Assembly: GCA_964521005.1 (NCBI GenBank)
Contig: CAZFPT010000001.1
Location: 3,122 to 67,121 of the forward strand
Length of the DNA: 64,000 nt
Direction: 5' to 3'
DNA from: an uncultured Planctomycetaceae bacterium
GTDB taxonomy: Bacteria > Planctomycetota > Phycisphaerae > SM23-33
Shown here in pieces: positions 9,677 to 19,682 of this stretch. How positions within the stretch are numbered: the first letter of the stretch is position 1; every line of letters starts with the position of its first letter. The translations under genes and the position numbers were made by a program. Below the pieces are notes generated by a model that had not been told where the DNA came from, did no database searches, and saw nothing but the letters and a program-made list of their open reading frames with translations.

Positions 9677-11536
9677 TTATCGATCTCCTTCGTTTGAAGC
9701 GGTCTTCAGGGAGAAGGGGGCGTAGGGATAGCCGGCCCACTGCACTCCCGCATTCATCGAGAACTCCAGCATATTCAGTCGCACACCGTGTGCGAAAATC
9801 GCAATCAGACACAGGGCAATGTTCAGCGAGTGCGCCAGGACCAGTACCAGGATGGTAGCCGGAAGGGCCCACATCGAGGTATCGAGCATGCCGACCGCCA
9901 GGTCGTTGAATGCCGAGGCGATGTAGTAGCTCGCCAGGCCGACGGCCATCAGGCGGATGTAGCTGAGCATGTCGCCGAACGCCCCGGGGATGCCCATCAG
10001 GTTGCCCAGCACGCCCATGCCCACGCGCTTCAGCGGGTTCTTCGCCGGCGAGGTGAACAGGGCGATCAGGGCGAAGCTGCCCAGCAGGATCCACAGCGTC
10101 ACCATGCCCGGGAAGAGCTGGTCTTCCGGGAAGAACATCAGCCAGACCAGCGTGAACATCCCGAAGATGAAGCCGATCCAGCCGATCTCGGCGATGCCGC
10201 GCTGATCGGGCAGAATCATGATCGCCTGCTTGAGGTGCGCCAATACCAGGTGCACGCAGCCGATGATGAAGCTGATCTGCATGATCAGGTTTCGGCCTTC
10301 CTCGGCCTGGGCTTCCGGGCGCCACCAGACGGCGATGTTCTGCCACGCGCCGCCCATCGTGGCCCAGAGGCCTCCGGCGCCCATCATCTGTCCGGGACCG
10401 ACGCCGAAGGCGTTGCCGGTCAGCACGCCCCACAGCACCGTGGTCAGCGAGAAGATGACCACCAGTTGCCCGGTTTCCTTGTTGCCCGAGCGGGCGAGCT
10501 TGCCGTACGCCAGCAGGCCGATGATGGTAAAGATCAGCCCATAGCCCGCGTCGCCCACGAGCATGGCGGTGAAAATCGGCATCGCCAGCATGAAGAACGG
10601 CGACGGGTCGAACTCCCGGTAGCCGGGATTGGTCCCGAGCATGTTCAGCAGCGACTTGATCGGGCGGGCCCAGCGGGGATACCGGATGAGCGTGGGCGGC
10701 TGTTCGTCCTCTTCGGGGTCCATCACGCAGACGCCGGCGTTGACGTCGCGGGCGGCCAGGTCGTCCGAGAGGCGGTCGACCTCGGCGGCGGGCACCCATC
10801 CCTGGATGGCGTAGATGGCTTCGTGATCGATTCCGCTGCGCTCGGTTACGACGAACTCGGCGGACTGCTCGGCCTCGACGACCCGGGCACGGATGGCGTC
10901 CTTGAGGTTCGCCAGTTCGGCGAGGCGCTGGGCGTCCTGCTTCATTGCTTCGTCGATTTCGGCGGCTTCTGCCTGGATGCTCGGCCGATCGCGCTGGGGT
11001 TTCTCCAGCAGCTGCGCGTCTTCGGGGAGCTCGGGCGTCTGATCGCGATCGGTGACGACGGCGACGAGCACTTCGCCGCGGACCTCGTCGCCCTCCAGCG
11101 GCTGAACGCATTTGCCTTCGAGCTGGTCGGCCTGTTCGGCGGGCAGCTCCACGAAGTGCAGGGCGAGCCCGGCGCGTTCGATCGCATCGAGTTGGTCGAT
11201 GGTGACATCGCCCCACATCCGGAGTTCTTCGATCTGGCGGTGCAGGGCGGCGAGGCGCGTGTTCCGTTCGGTGTTGGCCCGGTCGATGGACATCACCTCG
11301 GCGGCGGCGTCCTCGGGCTCGATCTCCGGGGTGTTGGAGGCGGGTTCGACGTTGTCCAGAATAACCGCGGCCCGGTTGAGCATGTCCAGCCGTTGGGAGG
11401 TCTGCTCGTCGGCGACGGCCCGGTCGGGGTTCACCGGTTCGACGTGTACCATGCCCAGCTCGCGGACGGCCTGGAGCAGGGCGTCCCGATCGCGCCGGCA
11501 GGCGGCGACGTAGACCTTCTTCATCGGGGCGATCAT
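9677..11536 (-). CDS. atpI: V-type ATP synthase subunit I (a-subunit)
   Basis: Hydrophilic N-terminal half followed by multi-TM C-terminal half in the canonical position. Start is MIAPMKK (M104 of the track ORF), overlapping the atpD stop as ATGA. Confidence 0.8.
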   Translation of the reverse strand: MIAPMKKVYVAACRRDRDALLQAVRELGMVHVEPVNPDRAVADEQTSQRLDMLNRAAVILDNVEPASNTPEIEPEDAAAEVMSIDRANTERNTRLAALHRQIEELRMWGDVTIDQLDAIERAGLALHFVELPAEQADQLEGKCVQPLEGDEVRGEVLVAVVTDRDQTPELPEDAQLLEKPQRDRPSIQAEAAEIDEAMKQDAQRLAELANLKDAIRARVVEAEQSAEFVVTERSGIDHEAIYAIQGWVPAAEVDRLSDDLAARDVNAGVCVMDPEEDEQPPTLIRYPRWARPIKSLLNMLGTNPGYREFDPSPFFMLAMPIFTAMLVGDAGYGLIFTIIGLLAYGKLARSGNKETGQLVVIFSLTTVLWGVLTGNAFGVGPGQMMGAGGLWATMGGAWQNIAVWWRPEAQAEEGRNLIMQISFIIGCVHLVLAHLKQAIMILPDQRGIAEIGWIGFIFGMFTLVWLMFFPEDQLFPGMVTLWILLGSFALIALFTSPAKNPLKRVGMGVLGNLMGIPGAFGDMLSYIRLMAVGLASYYIASAFNDLAVGMLDTSMWALPATILVLVLAHSLNIALCLIAIFAHGVRLNMLEFSMNAGVQWAGYPYAPFSLKTASNEGDR

Positions 11537-12195
11537 GCGGCACCTCCCGGGGCGGACTGGGTGTGAATGCCTTCGTCCTCGTACACCGTGCCCTCCGTCT
11601 CGGCGAGCTTGTTCTTGGCGATCTTCGCGCGGCCGACCGCGGCGGTCATCTCGTCTCCCAGGCGGATGCGGATGCGTCGGATCGCTTCGCGGGCCTCGGG
11701 AATCTTGACCTTCTCGAAGAGGTTCACCCGCTGGATGATCTTCGTCAGTTCGGCGTTGAGCAGGCGGTACTGCTCGGCGAGCACGTCGCAGCGGGCCTTC
11801 ACCTCGTTGAGCTGGCGGATGTCCCGCAGGGCCTGGTCCACCCACGCCGGGGTGGCGAAGAGGCTGTAAACCGCCTCGGGGAAGTCCACCCCCTCGAAGA
11901 CCGGAAGACGCACGCCCGCGACGTTCTGCTTGCTCGTGCGGACATGGTCGGGCTTGGCGAGGTTGCGGATGTTCACGCCGGAGAAGTCGGCCAGCACGGC
12001 CTGGTACTGCCGGACGGACCGGATGGCCCTGTCGCGCCGGGCATCCATCTTGCGCTGCTCGGCCTGGATTTCCCGGAGGCGCACCTGGAGCATCTGCTGT
12101 TTGAGCTTCAGCATCGGCAGGTAGCGCTCGAAACGCTGCAGCGCGTCGCGCTGTCGCTTGAGCTCCGGTCGGGTCAGTTTGATCTTCTTAGCCAT
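11533..12195 (-). CDS. atpD: V-type ATP synthase subunit D
   Basis: 'MAKKIKLTRPELKRQRDALQRFERYLPMLKLKQQ...' is a typical V-ATPase D coiled-coil. Confidence 0.85.
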   Translation of the reverse strand: MAKKIKLTRPELKRQRDALQRFERYLPMLKLKQQMLQVRLREIQAEQRKMDARRDRAIRSVRQYQAVLADFSGVNIRNLAKPDHVRTSKQNVAGVRLPVFEGVDFPEAVYSLFATPAWVDQALRDIRQLNEVKARCDVLAEQYRLLNAELTKIIQRVNLFEKVKIPEAREAIRRIRIRLGDEMTAAVGRAKIAKNKLAETEGTVYEDEGIHTQSAPGGAA

Positions 12196-12233
12196 TGCTG
12201 CTCAATCCCGGTGGGGAGTGCACGGTAGTTCGC

Positions 12234-13613
12234 TCAGGCGGACGCCTCTGCCTCGGCGGTTTCTTCGGCGGAGGCCTGGTCGTCTGCCTCGCTCTGGGAC
12301 TCTTCCTCTTCGGCGGCGAGGTCCTTGGGCCAGTGCTTCTCGATGATCGATCGGCGGATGCCCGTCTCGAACGGCTCGAAACAGTCGGCGAGAATCTCCC
12401 AGCAGCGGTCCAGCGCCTCGAAGAGGGGAATGTTCACGCCGAGGTCCATGATCTGCGATTCGAACAGGTCGCCGTACTTCAGGAGCTTTCCGTCCCAGGG
12501 CGACATCTCGAAGCCCATGTCCCGCTTCTCGCGCGACTCGCGGCAACTGGCGTACAACTGCAGGCAGCCGTCCATGATCGCCCGGTGGTCGTCCCGCGTG
12601 TCGCCGTTGACCTGCTGCTTGAGACGCGAGAGCGAGCCGAACGGTTCGATTCGCCCGTTGCGGAGGTAGAACTGCCCTTCGGTGATGTATCCGGTGTTGT
12701 CGGGAACCGGGTGGGTCACGTCGTCGCCGGGCATGGTCACGCACGCCAGCAGCGTCATGGACCCGGCCCCGTCGAAGTCGACGGCCTTCTCGTATCGCCT
12801 GGCCAGCTGCGAGTAGAGGTCGCCCGGGTAGCCACGGTTGGAGGGGATCTGCTCCATCGTGATCGCGATCTCCTTGAGTGCGTCGGAGAAGGCGGTCATG
12901 TCGGTCAGCAGGCAGAGAACGCGCTTGCCCTGCAGGGCGAACTGCTCGCCGACGGCCAGGCAGAGGTCGGGGACGGTGAGGCATTCGACCGTCGGGTCGG
13001 CGGCGGTGTGCATGAACATGATGGTTCGCCCCAGCACGCCGCCTTCTTCGAAGGTTTTGCGGAACGTGAGGTAGTCGTCGTGGCGCAGCCCCATCCCGCC
13101 GAGGATGATGATGTCCGCGTCGGCCTGGAGCCCCACGCGGGCCAGCAGGGGGTTGTACGGCTCGCCGGCGACCGAGAAAATCGGCAGCTTCTGCGACTCG
13201 ACCAGCGAGTTGAACACGTCGATCATCGGGATGCCCGTCTCGATCATCTGATCGGGCATGCGACGCTGGACGGGGTTGACCGGGGGGCCGCCGATTTCGA
13301 CGGTTTCGGCTTCGACCTCGGGGCGGTCGTCGCGCGGGCGGGCCGAGCCATCGAACACGCGGCCGAGAAGGTCCTCGCTGAACGGGACGCGCATCGCGTG
13401 CCCGAGGAAGCGAACCTTGTCGCCCGTGGAGACGCCCTGGGTTCCGGCGAATATCTGCAGGGAGACCTGGTCGCTTTCGAGACGAATCACCTGTGCGAGC
13501 GAAGGCCCGCGGTCGGTGCTGATGATCGCCAGTTCGTCGTAGCCGATGCCCTCAGCCGTCACCGTCACGACGTTGCCGGCGATTTTCGTAATCTCGTCGT
13601 AGTACTTTCTCAT
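12234..13613 (-). CDS. atpB: V-type ATP synthase subunit B
   Basis: Nucleotide-binding fold without a catalytic P-loop ('[21 protein letters not shown]', 'SALKEIA', '[11 protein letters not shown]'). Start is MRKYYDE (M8 of the ORF). Confidence 0.9.
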   Translation of the reverse strand: MRKYYDEITKIAGNVVTVTAEGIGYDELAIISTDRGPSLAQVIRLESDQVSLQIFAGTQGVSTGDKVRFLGHAMRVPFSEDLLGRVFDGSARPRDDRPEVEAETVEIGGPPVNPVQRRMPDQMIETGIPMIDVFNSLVESQKLPIFSVAGEPYNPLLARVGLQADADIIILGGMGLRHDDYLTFRKTFEEGGVLGRTIMFMHTAADPTVECLTVPDLCLAVGEQFALQGKRVLCLLTDMTAFSDALKEIAITMEQIPSNRGYPGDLYSQLARRYEKAVDFDGAGSMTLLACVTMPGDDVTHPVPDNTGYITEGQFYLRNGRIEPFGSLSRLKQQVNGDTRDDHRAIMDGCLQLYASCRESREKRDMGFEMSPWDGKLLKYGDLFESQIMDLGVNIPLFEALDRCWEILADCFEPFETGIRRSIIEKHWPKDLAAEEEESQSEADDQASAEETAEAEASA

Positions 13614-13633
13614 GGTCGCTCGCTTCGCTCGCA

Positions 13634-14181
13634 ATTCTGAATTTCGAAATACGAATGTAGATTCAATTCTGAATATCGAATGCTCGACTGCTCATGCCCG
13701 TGTTCGGGCCTGACCTGCTATCATTTGTCGTTCCTGCTGCAACTCCTGAATATCTTGGAGAAGATCAGGTTCAGTTCTTTTGCTTCTTTCCACAGGCTGC
13801 GGGCCTGATCGGCTTGTTGCTCCTCGGCGGTTGCAATCATCCGAAGCCAGTGTTTCGTCTCGTGGCTCTCTTTGCGGCAGATTCCGATTTTGTTCCGAAA
13901 GTCCCGTTTTGAGACCGCGTCGTTTGCTTCGCAGTAGTTGGCTCCAACGCTGGTAGCCGCCCGGACCAACTGGCTGATCAACGGCGTCGTCACCGGCGTC
14001 TTTCCGATCGTCTTGGTGAACTGGATTACGGCCATTCCGAACTGCGCCGTGCGCTCCTCAAGGTCATACACACCCGGTTCGAGCTTGGACGTATCCATTC
14101 CTTGTTCCTGTCGGCCATTCTGAATTCGGCATCCGTCATTGATTCATCATTTATCATTCGTCATTCGGATTTCAGAATCTG
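13634..14181 (-). mobile_element. low-GC insertion cassette carrying a four-helix-bundle (TIGR02436) gene, flanked by imperfect inverted repeats
   Basis: Left flank 13666-13682 is ATTCTGAATATCGAATG. Right flank 14162-14178 is CATTCGGATTTCAGAAT, which matches the left flank 14/17 as its reverse complement. Extra copies of the ATTCTGAAT..CGAATG module occur at 13634-13657 and 14117-14132. GC is about 50-55% against about 68% around it. Confidence 0.4.
13721..14098 (-). CDS. four-helix-bundle protein (TIGR02436 family, so-called 23S rRNA intervening-sequence protein)
   Basis: Family signature 'YDLEERTAQFGMAVIQF....LISQLVRAATSVGANYCEANDAVSKRDFRNKIGICRKESHETKHWLRMI'. Confidence 0.8.
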   Translation of the reverse strand: MDTSKLEPGVYDLEERTAQFGMAVIQFTKTIGKTPVTTPLISQLVRAATSVGANYCEANDAVSKRDFRNKIGICRKESHETKHWLRMIATAEEQQADQARSLWKEAKELNLIFSKIFRSCSRNDK

Positions 14182-15963
14182 TCATTCCGCTGCTGCGGCC
14201 TCTTCTTTTTTCTCTTCGTCGGCCCGCACTTCGTCGCGGACATTCTGGCCCTTGTTCTCGATGAACGCGTCGATCTGCGAGAGGATCTTGTTGTACTCAT
14301 CGCTGTCGGTCGGGGCGAAGTTCCAGTTCCGGAACAGGTCCTGGATGTGGAAGATCGTCCGCCGCGCGACTTCCTTGTCCTCGAAGCCGTAATCCAGCTC
14401 GATCGCCTGCCAGATCTTGGCGAACACGAATTCCTGTCGCTCGCCGGGGCAGGAGGCGTCCACTTCGTCGAAGGCATTCTGCTGCAGGTAGCAGTTGTCG
14501 AACATCTCGGCCTTGAGCATGGTCACGAAGTCTTCCAGCGTCGTTCCTTCCTCCCCGACCACCGTCATCATCTGTTTGACGTCGTTGCCGCGACGCAGCA
14601 GCGAGCGTGCCAGCTCGACGGTGTCGCTGTCGATGATGCCCTTGTACTTCGACCAGGATTCCAGCGGGTCGATGGCCGGGTAACGGCGGGCGTCGGAGCG
14701 GGCGCGCGATAGGCCGTGGAACGCACCGACCACCTTCAGCGTGCCCTGCGTGACGGGTTCTTCAAAGTTGCCGCCTGCCGGGGAGACGGTTCCGCCGATC
14801 GTGACCGACGCGAGGGTTCCGTCGTTGAGCTCGACCTGCCCGGCCCGTTCGTAGAAGCTGGCGATTCGCGATTCCAGATACGCCGGGAACGCCTCTTCGC
14901 CGGGGATTTCTTCCAGTCGCCCCGAGACTTCACGCATCGCCTGGGCCCATCGACTGGTCGAGTCGGCCAGCAGCAGGACGTTCATGCCCATCTGTCGGTA
15001 GTATTCTGCCAGCGTGACGGCCGTGTAGACCGACGCCTCGCGGGCGGCCACGGGCATCGCGGAGGTGTTGCAGATGATGATGGTCCGCTCCATGAGGCTT
15101 TTGCCGGTGCGGGGGTCTTCCAGCTCGGGGAACTCGCGGATGGTTTCCACGACTTCGCCGGCACGTTCGCCGCAGGCGGCGATGATGACCACGTCCACGT
15201 CGGCGTACCGGGCGGTGAGCTGCTGGAGGACGGTTTTTCCGGCCCCGAAGGGTCCGGGGATGCAGTAGGTCCCGCCGCGATTGATCGGGAACATCGAGTC
15301 GATGATCCGCTGACCGGTCACGAGGGGCTCGGCGGGCATCAGCCGGGTCTTGTAGACGTCGATGGCTCGCTTGACGGGCCAATCCTGCTGCATCGTGACC
15401 GGCTTCTGCTCGCCCTGCGGGTCGGAGAGGACGGCGATTTCCTTCTCGACGGTATAGCTGCCCTTCTCGACGATGGACTCGACGGTGAAGGAGCCCTTCC
15501 AGCCGAACGGGACCATGACCTTATGCTCGAAGATTCCCTCGGGCGTGGTGCCCAGCGTATCGCCGGCGCGGACGGTATCGCCTTCCTTGACGGCCGGGGT
15601 GAACTCCCACTGCGTTTCGGCGTCCAGGCCGGGCAGATAGAGGCCGGGCTTGAGGAAGTATCCCGCCTCCTCGGCCACGTTGAACAGCGGGTTCTGCAGG
15701 CCGTCGTACACCTGCCCCAGCAGGCCGGGCCCGAGTGAGACCGAGAGCATCTCTTCTTCGAACTCGACGCTGTCGCCGATTTTCAGGTCGCGCGTTTCCT
15801 CGAACACCTGCAGGTCGGCCAGGCGTCCGCGAACGCGGATGACCTCGCTGAGCAGGCGTGCGCCGTCCTCTCGGATGCAGTAGGCGGTGGCGTTCTGGAC
15901 CACGCGTCCGGTGAGTTCTACGATCACCATGTTTCCGAAGATGGCTACGATTCGTCCGGTCAC
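14182..15963 (-). CDS. atpA: V-type ATP synthase catalytic subunit A
   Basis: Walker A 'GPFGAGKT' and the catalytic-subunit N-terminal pattern 'TGRIVAIFGNMVIVE'. GTG start with a GAGAGGA RBS. Confidence 0.9.
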   Translation of the reverse strand: MTGRIVAIFGNMVIVELTGRVVQNATAYCIREDGARLLSEVIRVRGRLADLQVFEETRDLKIGDSVEFEEEMLSVSLGPGLLGQVYDGLQNPLFNVAEEAGYFLKPGLYLPGLDAETQWEFTPAVKEGDTVRAGDTLGTTPEGIFEHKVMVPFGWKGSFTVESIVEKGSYTVEKEIAVLSDPQGEQKPVTMQQDWPVKRAIDVYKTRLMPAEPLVTGQRIIDSMFPINRGGTYCIPGPFGAGKTVLQQLTARYADVDVVIIAACGERAGEVVETIREFPELEDPRTGKSLMERTIIICNTSAMPVAAREASVYTAVTLAEYYRQMGMNVLLLADSTSRWAQAMREVSGRLEEIPGEEAFPAYLESRIASFYERAGQVELNDGTLASVTIGGTVSPAGGNFEEPVTQGTLKVVGAFHGLSRARSDARRYPAIDPLESWSKYKGIIDSDTVELARSLLRRGNDVKQMMTVVGEEGTTLEDFVTMLKAEMFDNCYLQQNAFDEVDASCPGERQEFVFAKIWQAIELDYGFEDKEVARRTIFHIQDLFRNWNFAPTDSDEYNKILSQIDAFIENKGQNVRDEVRADEEKKEEAAAAE

Positions 15964-15983
15964 TTTCGGTGTCCTCTCAAAGG

Positions 15984-16694
15984 CTACAGGATCGCCTCAT
16001 CGAGCAGATCGTCGTCCGCTTCGTTGAGGCGTTCCCATCGAATCAGCAGGGTCAGTTTGGTCGCGTAGGCAGCCAACTCGTCATCGGAGAAGGTGAACCA
16101 CGCGTCGTGATCTTCAATCCAGTTCCATCGGGCCCGGTCCAGCACTTTCAGCCCGTCCAGCGGATGGGCTGCCGAGGCCCATTCATTCACCGTTGTGCGG
16201 AGATCCACGTGAAACGGTGCCAGCTCGGGAGCCACCAGATACGGCGTGGCGTCCAGGCCCAGTTCCTTCGCCCGCGCCTCGGCGAGCTGGTTTCGCAGCG
16301 CCACCTCGAAGCCGATGTACTCCCGCAGAAAGCCGGCGTGGAGCGTCTGGGCCCGTTGGGCGGCGTGACGGTAGTACGCCGTCCAGATCGCGTCGGACGC
16401 GACGCGGCGGGAGCTGTCCTCGCTGCCCTGGAGGAAATCGGGCAGGGGCTCGGTCCCGTCCATCTGCGCCTCGGAGAGCACGAGCGGCTCGGCCTGGTCG
16501 ATTTCGCCCGACGCCAGCGCCTCGCGCTGCATCAGATCGTGTTCGAGCAGGAGCAGATCGATGGTCTCGCGGGCAGGGTGGTCGGCACCGAGCCATTCCA
16601 GGTACTCCGCCAGCGACAGCGGGGGAGCGATGCCCAGCTCACCCAGCGACGGCAGGGCGGTGATGGTGAAAAGGTTTTCGCCTCGCAGACCCAC
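15984..16694 (-). CDS. V-ATPase operon-associated protein (DUF2764 / Chlamydia CT309-like), possible C/stator-subunit substitute
   Basis: No recognisable motif. It is called on conserved synteny between atpE and atpA, as in Chlamydiae and Bacteroidetes operons. GTG start 3 nt after the atpE stop. Confidence 0.45.
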   Translation of the reverse strand: MGLRGENLFTITALPSLGELGIAPPLSLAEYLEWLGADHPARETIDLLLLEHDLMQREALASGEIDQAEPLVLSEAQMDGTEPLPDFLQGSEDSSRRVASDAIWTAYYRHAAQRAQTLHAGFLREYIGFEVALRNQLAEARAKELGLDATPYLVAPELAPFHVDLRTTVNEWASAAHPLDGLKVLDRARWNWIEDHDAWFTFSDDELAAYATKLTLLIRWERLNEADDDLLDEAIL

Positions 16695-16697
16695 GGA

Positions 16698-17351
16698 CTA
16701 CTCCCCTTCGGTCTGGTTGTCGGTGTCGACGGCGTGGTCGAGCGTCTCGCGGAGCTTGGGGCTGACCATTTCGCTGAGCATCTCGACGACCGAATCGAGC
16801 GTGACTTCGACGGTCGCACCGGCGCAGGTGTACTCGAAGCCGGACTGCTTGAGCGTGCCCTTCAGATCGATCCCGATGTGCTTGCGGGTTTCCTCGACGC
16901 GCTCCTTGCCGATCTCGCTCAGGGCCCAGTCGACCAGTTGGTCGCGCAGCTCGGGTTTGACGGAAATGCGGATCTGGTCGGTTCCCTCGCGGTCGCTGTG
17001 GGCGTAGGAGGTGACCACCTCGTGGAGGACCTTGCCCAGGAAATCCACGCTGTCGAGCGTTTCCTGCGTGCCGGCCCGCACCACCGACTGCAGGGCCCGG
17101 TTGAGCGAATCCCGCAGCTTCAGGACGGTGTCCCGGGCGGCAAGGTTCAGCTCCGTCTGGGAGCGTTCGACGTACTGCCGGGCTTCCTGCTTTGCGTCGT
17201 CGACGATCTTCCGGGCCTTCTGCTCGGCGTCGGCGATGATCTTCTCGGCGTCTTTCTGAGCCTGCTGACGGAGCTGGTCGGCCTGCTTCTCGCCGGCTTC
17301 GACGCCTTCCTGCTGGAGTTTGCTTACGAACGACTGGATTGTCTCGGCCAT
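16698..17351 (-). CDS. atpE: V-type ATP synthase subunit E
   Basis: Charged coiled-coil N-terminus 'EAGEKQADQLRQQAQKDAEKIIADAEQKARKIVDDAKQEARQY' in the first-gene position. Confidence 0.75.
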   Translation of the reverse strand: MAETIQSFVSKLQQEGVEAGEKQADQLRQQAQKDAEKIIADAEQKARKIVDDAKQEARQYVERSQTELNLAARDTVLKLRDSLNRALQSVVRAGTQETLDSVDFLGKVLHEVVTSYAHSDREGTDQIRISVKPELRDQLVDWALSEIGKERVEETRKHIGIDLKGTLKQSGFEYTCAGATVEVTLDSVVEMLSEMVSPKLRETLDHAVDTDNQTEGE

Positions 17352-17645
17352 GGGTGGGCGACTCCGTGTTTTGTGCGTCTGGAGAACGATTTCGTGTTCG
17401 TGTATCTAACGTCCGGGGCAGCGGGTTTCACGGGAAAAACGCGAATACACAGCATTGGTCTCGCTGATGCCGACGGAATGTTCATTCATTGGGGGCCGAT
17501 CGTGCAGTTCCGATCGAATCGACCATCATGCCGATCAGCCCGCTGTTGTCAAGAAATCAGACTCCCCCCGAGGGGAATCTGCATCGCGTTCGGGAGCGGC
17601 AACGGCGCATCCCTACTGGGTTTTCGGATTATGGCGAGCAAAACC

Positions 17646-18335
17646 TTACAGGATTCCCTTGAGCTTCATTGCGTGGACCACGTGTTGGGCGATCTGGGCA
17701 AGAGAAAACGCCGAGCAATCATATACCAGGTTGAACGCCGGTTTCCGGGGAAAACGCGTTTCGTAGATCTTCTTGAGGTAATCCTTTTCGCGTTCCTCGG
17801 CCTGGATGCGCAGCCGAGCTTCGGTCTCGCTGAGTCCTTCGCGGAAGGCGATCTGCTTGACGCGCCAGTCTTCGGGCGCTTCGAGACGAACGGTCATACC
17901 GTTGGGCAGGCCGTGGGTGGCCCCGGCGCCGCCCTGGCCGACGACAATCGCCCAGCCGTCGATCGCCAGGTTCCGGATGATCTCGGAGATGCGGTTGCGC
18001 ACCTCGATGCCGCTGGGAAGGCGTTCGTTCTTTCGGCCGAACGAGCGGAAAAACTCGGCGATCACGCGGGGCTTGGTGCGCCGTTGCTGTTCGAGGACCT
18101 CAATATCCAGGTTGGTTTCGGATGCGAGCTGGTCCAGCACTTCCTTGTGGTAGATCTTCCAGTGGGTCTCTTCGTCGGCCTCCTCGCTGAGAATATCCAG
18201 CAACAGCAGACCCAAAGAGAACCCCCAGCACCCGAACTCGCGGGAGATGGTGATGTAGGGCCCCGCCTGGGACTCCTCTTGCTGCTCCGGATCCGGGCGG
18301 TCCTGGAGATGTTCCGCCAGGGATACCTTGGCCAT
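17646..18335 (-). CDS. cytidylate kinase-like family protein (AAA/P-loop-like, Cytidylate_kin2)
   Basis: N-terminal 'ITISREFGCWGFSLG' matches the degenerate P-loop of that family. Start is MAKVSLAEH (M13 of the ORF). Confidence 0.5.
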   Translation of the reverse strand: MAKVSLAEHLQDRPDPEQQEESQAGPYITISREFGCWGFSLGLLLLDILSEEADEETHWKIYHKEVLDQLASETNLDIEVLEQQRRTKPRVIAEFFRSFGRKNERLPSGIEVRNRISEIIRNLAIDGWAIVVGQGGAGATHGLPNGMTVRLEAPEDWRVKQIAFREGLSETEARLRIQAEEREKDYLKKIYETRFPRKPAFNLVYDCSAFSLAQIAQHVVHAMKLKGIL

Positions 18336-18539
18336 CCGACAACTCCTTCTACCAGAGGGCGAGACCCTCACGGGTCATTGTACCGTCATTCTCGACGCGT
18401 CGATCCGTCCATACGCACATTCTGGCGTTCTGGCCGCGAAAGTCCAGCCGGAAAGAACGGTTCCTCTCCGCCGGAGCCGCGGGCGCCTTCCTGCCTGATT
18501 GTCATGCAGCCGAGCGGTCTGCGGATTTGCCCGCAACAC

Positions 18540-19574
18540 TCAGACCGATCGGCTGTCCAGCTTGCCGAAGATCATCCGTCCCGCGGAGGTCTGAATCACC
18601 GACGTGACGGTGATCATCACCTCCTGCCCGACGTAGTCGCGTCCCTGCTCAGCCACCACCATCGTTCCGTCGTCGAGGTAGCCCACGCCCTGGCCTGGCT
18701 CTTCGCCGGGCTTGATGATCTTCACGCCAAGCCCCTCGCCCGGGAGCACCACCGGCTTCAGCGCGTTGGCGAGATCGTTGATGTTGATGACTTCCACGCC
18801 CCGCAGCTGGGCGACCTTGTTGAGGTTGTAATCGTTGGTCATCACCCGCCCGTTGAGGTGCTCGCCCAGCGCCACAAGCTTGGCGTCCACCTCGGATTCG
18901 TCATCGACGGCAGAGACGTGCTTGTCGTAGATCCGCACGTCGATCTTGTCCGAGCCCTGCAGACGGTTGAGCACGTCCAGCCCGCGCCGCCCCCGGTTGC
19001 GACGCAGCTTGTTGTCCGAGTCGGCGATCGCCTGCAGCTCGGCGAGGATGAAGCGTGGAACGATGATTTCGCTTTCCAGGATCTTCGTCTCGGTGATGTC
19101 GGCGATGCGTCCGTCGATGATGACGGAGGTGTCCAGCAGGAACGGACGCGGGCCCTTGGCGTGGCGCGCGAACTCCACGTAGGGAATCACGAAGCGGAAA
19201 TCGTCCTTGGTCTGCAGCACGAACGAGACGCACAAAAACACCGCAGCCGCCCCGACGAGCACCTTGGCCAGTTGCACGAGTGGGTCGTTCTCCGCCAGCC
19301 CGGCCACGGCCACGCCGATCAACGTCGTGATGTGGCCGAGAAGATAGGCGATCACCAACCCCGCCAGCATGCCGAAAAACAGGCCGCTGAGCGCCTCCAG
19401 ACGCTTCCTGCGCCAGAACATGTCCACCATGACCAGCCCGAACGCCAGGATCGCGGGCACGGCAATGTACAGCGTCACGTACTGCGGGCCTTCCTCGGCT
19501 ACGCGTTCGGCGTACGAGGAGGTGAAGGCGAGCACAACCAGCAGAAACAAGGCGCGGACCAGATGGATGACCAT
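18540..19574 (-). CDS. PIN/TRAM-domain membrane protein (YacL-like)
   Basis: N-terminal TM helices, then a PIN-like 'FLLDTSVIIDGRI' and a C-terminal TRAM-like beta segment 'GQEVMITVTSV'. Confidence 0.55.
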   Translation of the reverse strand: MVIHLVRALFLLVVLAFTSSYAERVAEEGPQYVTLYIAVPAILAFGLVMVDMFWRRKRLEALSGLFFGMLAGLVIAYLLGHITTLIGVAVAGLAENDPLVQLAKVLVGAAAVFLCVSFVLQTKDDFRFVIPYVEFARHAKGPRPFLLDTSVIIDGRIADITETKILESEIIVPRFILAELQAIADSDNKLRRNRGRRGLDVLNRLQGSDKIDVRIYDKHVSAVDDESEVDAKLVALGEHLNGRVMTNDYNLNKVAQLRGVEVININDLANALKPVVLPGEGLGVKIIKPGEEPGQGVGYLDDGTMVVAEQGRDYVGQEVMITVTSVIQTSAGRMIFGKLDSRSV

Positions 19575-19682
19575 GCGGAATGTCCTTTCCCGTGCGACGG
19601 CGATAAACCCTATGGTATGAATCCGATGGGCTGACTATACCGCGCCGGGGCAGGGCGGGAAACCCCATCGCCGGCAGGCAGG

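Noticed and set aside
17352-17645. Search for tRNA or small RNA in the 294-bp gap upstream of atpE and in other gaps over 100 bp (18372-18539, 19575-19682, 30523-30800, 47898-48049 and 53107-53293)
   Set aside because: No cloverleaf-compatible segments with GTTC/TΨC-like arms or recognisable conserved ncRNA motifs were seen by eye. A scan by tRNAscan or Infernal is needed to be sure.
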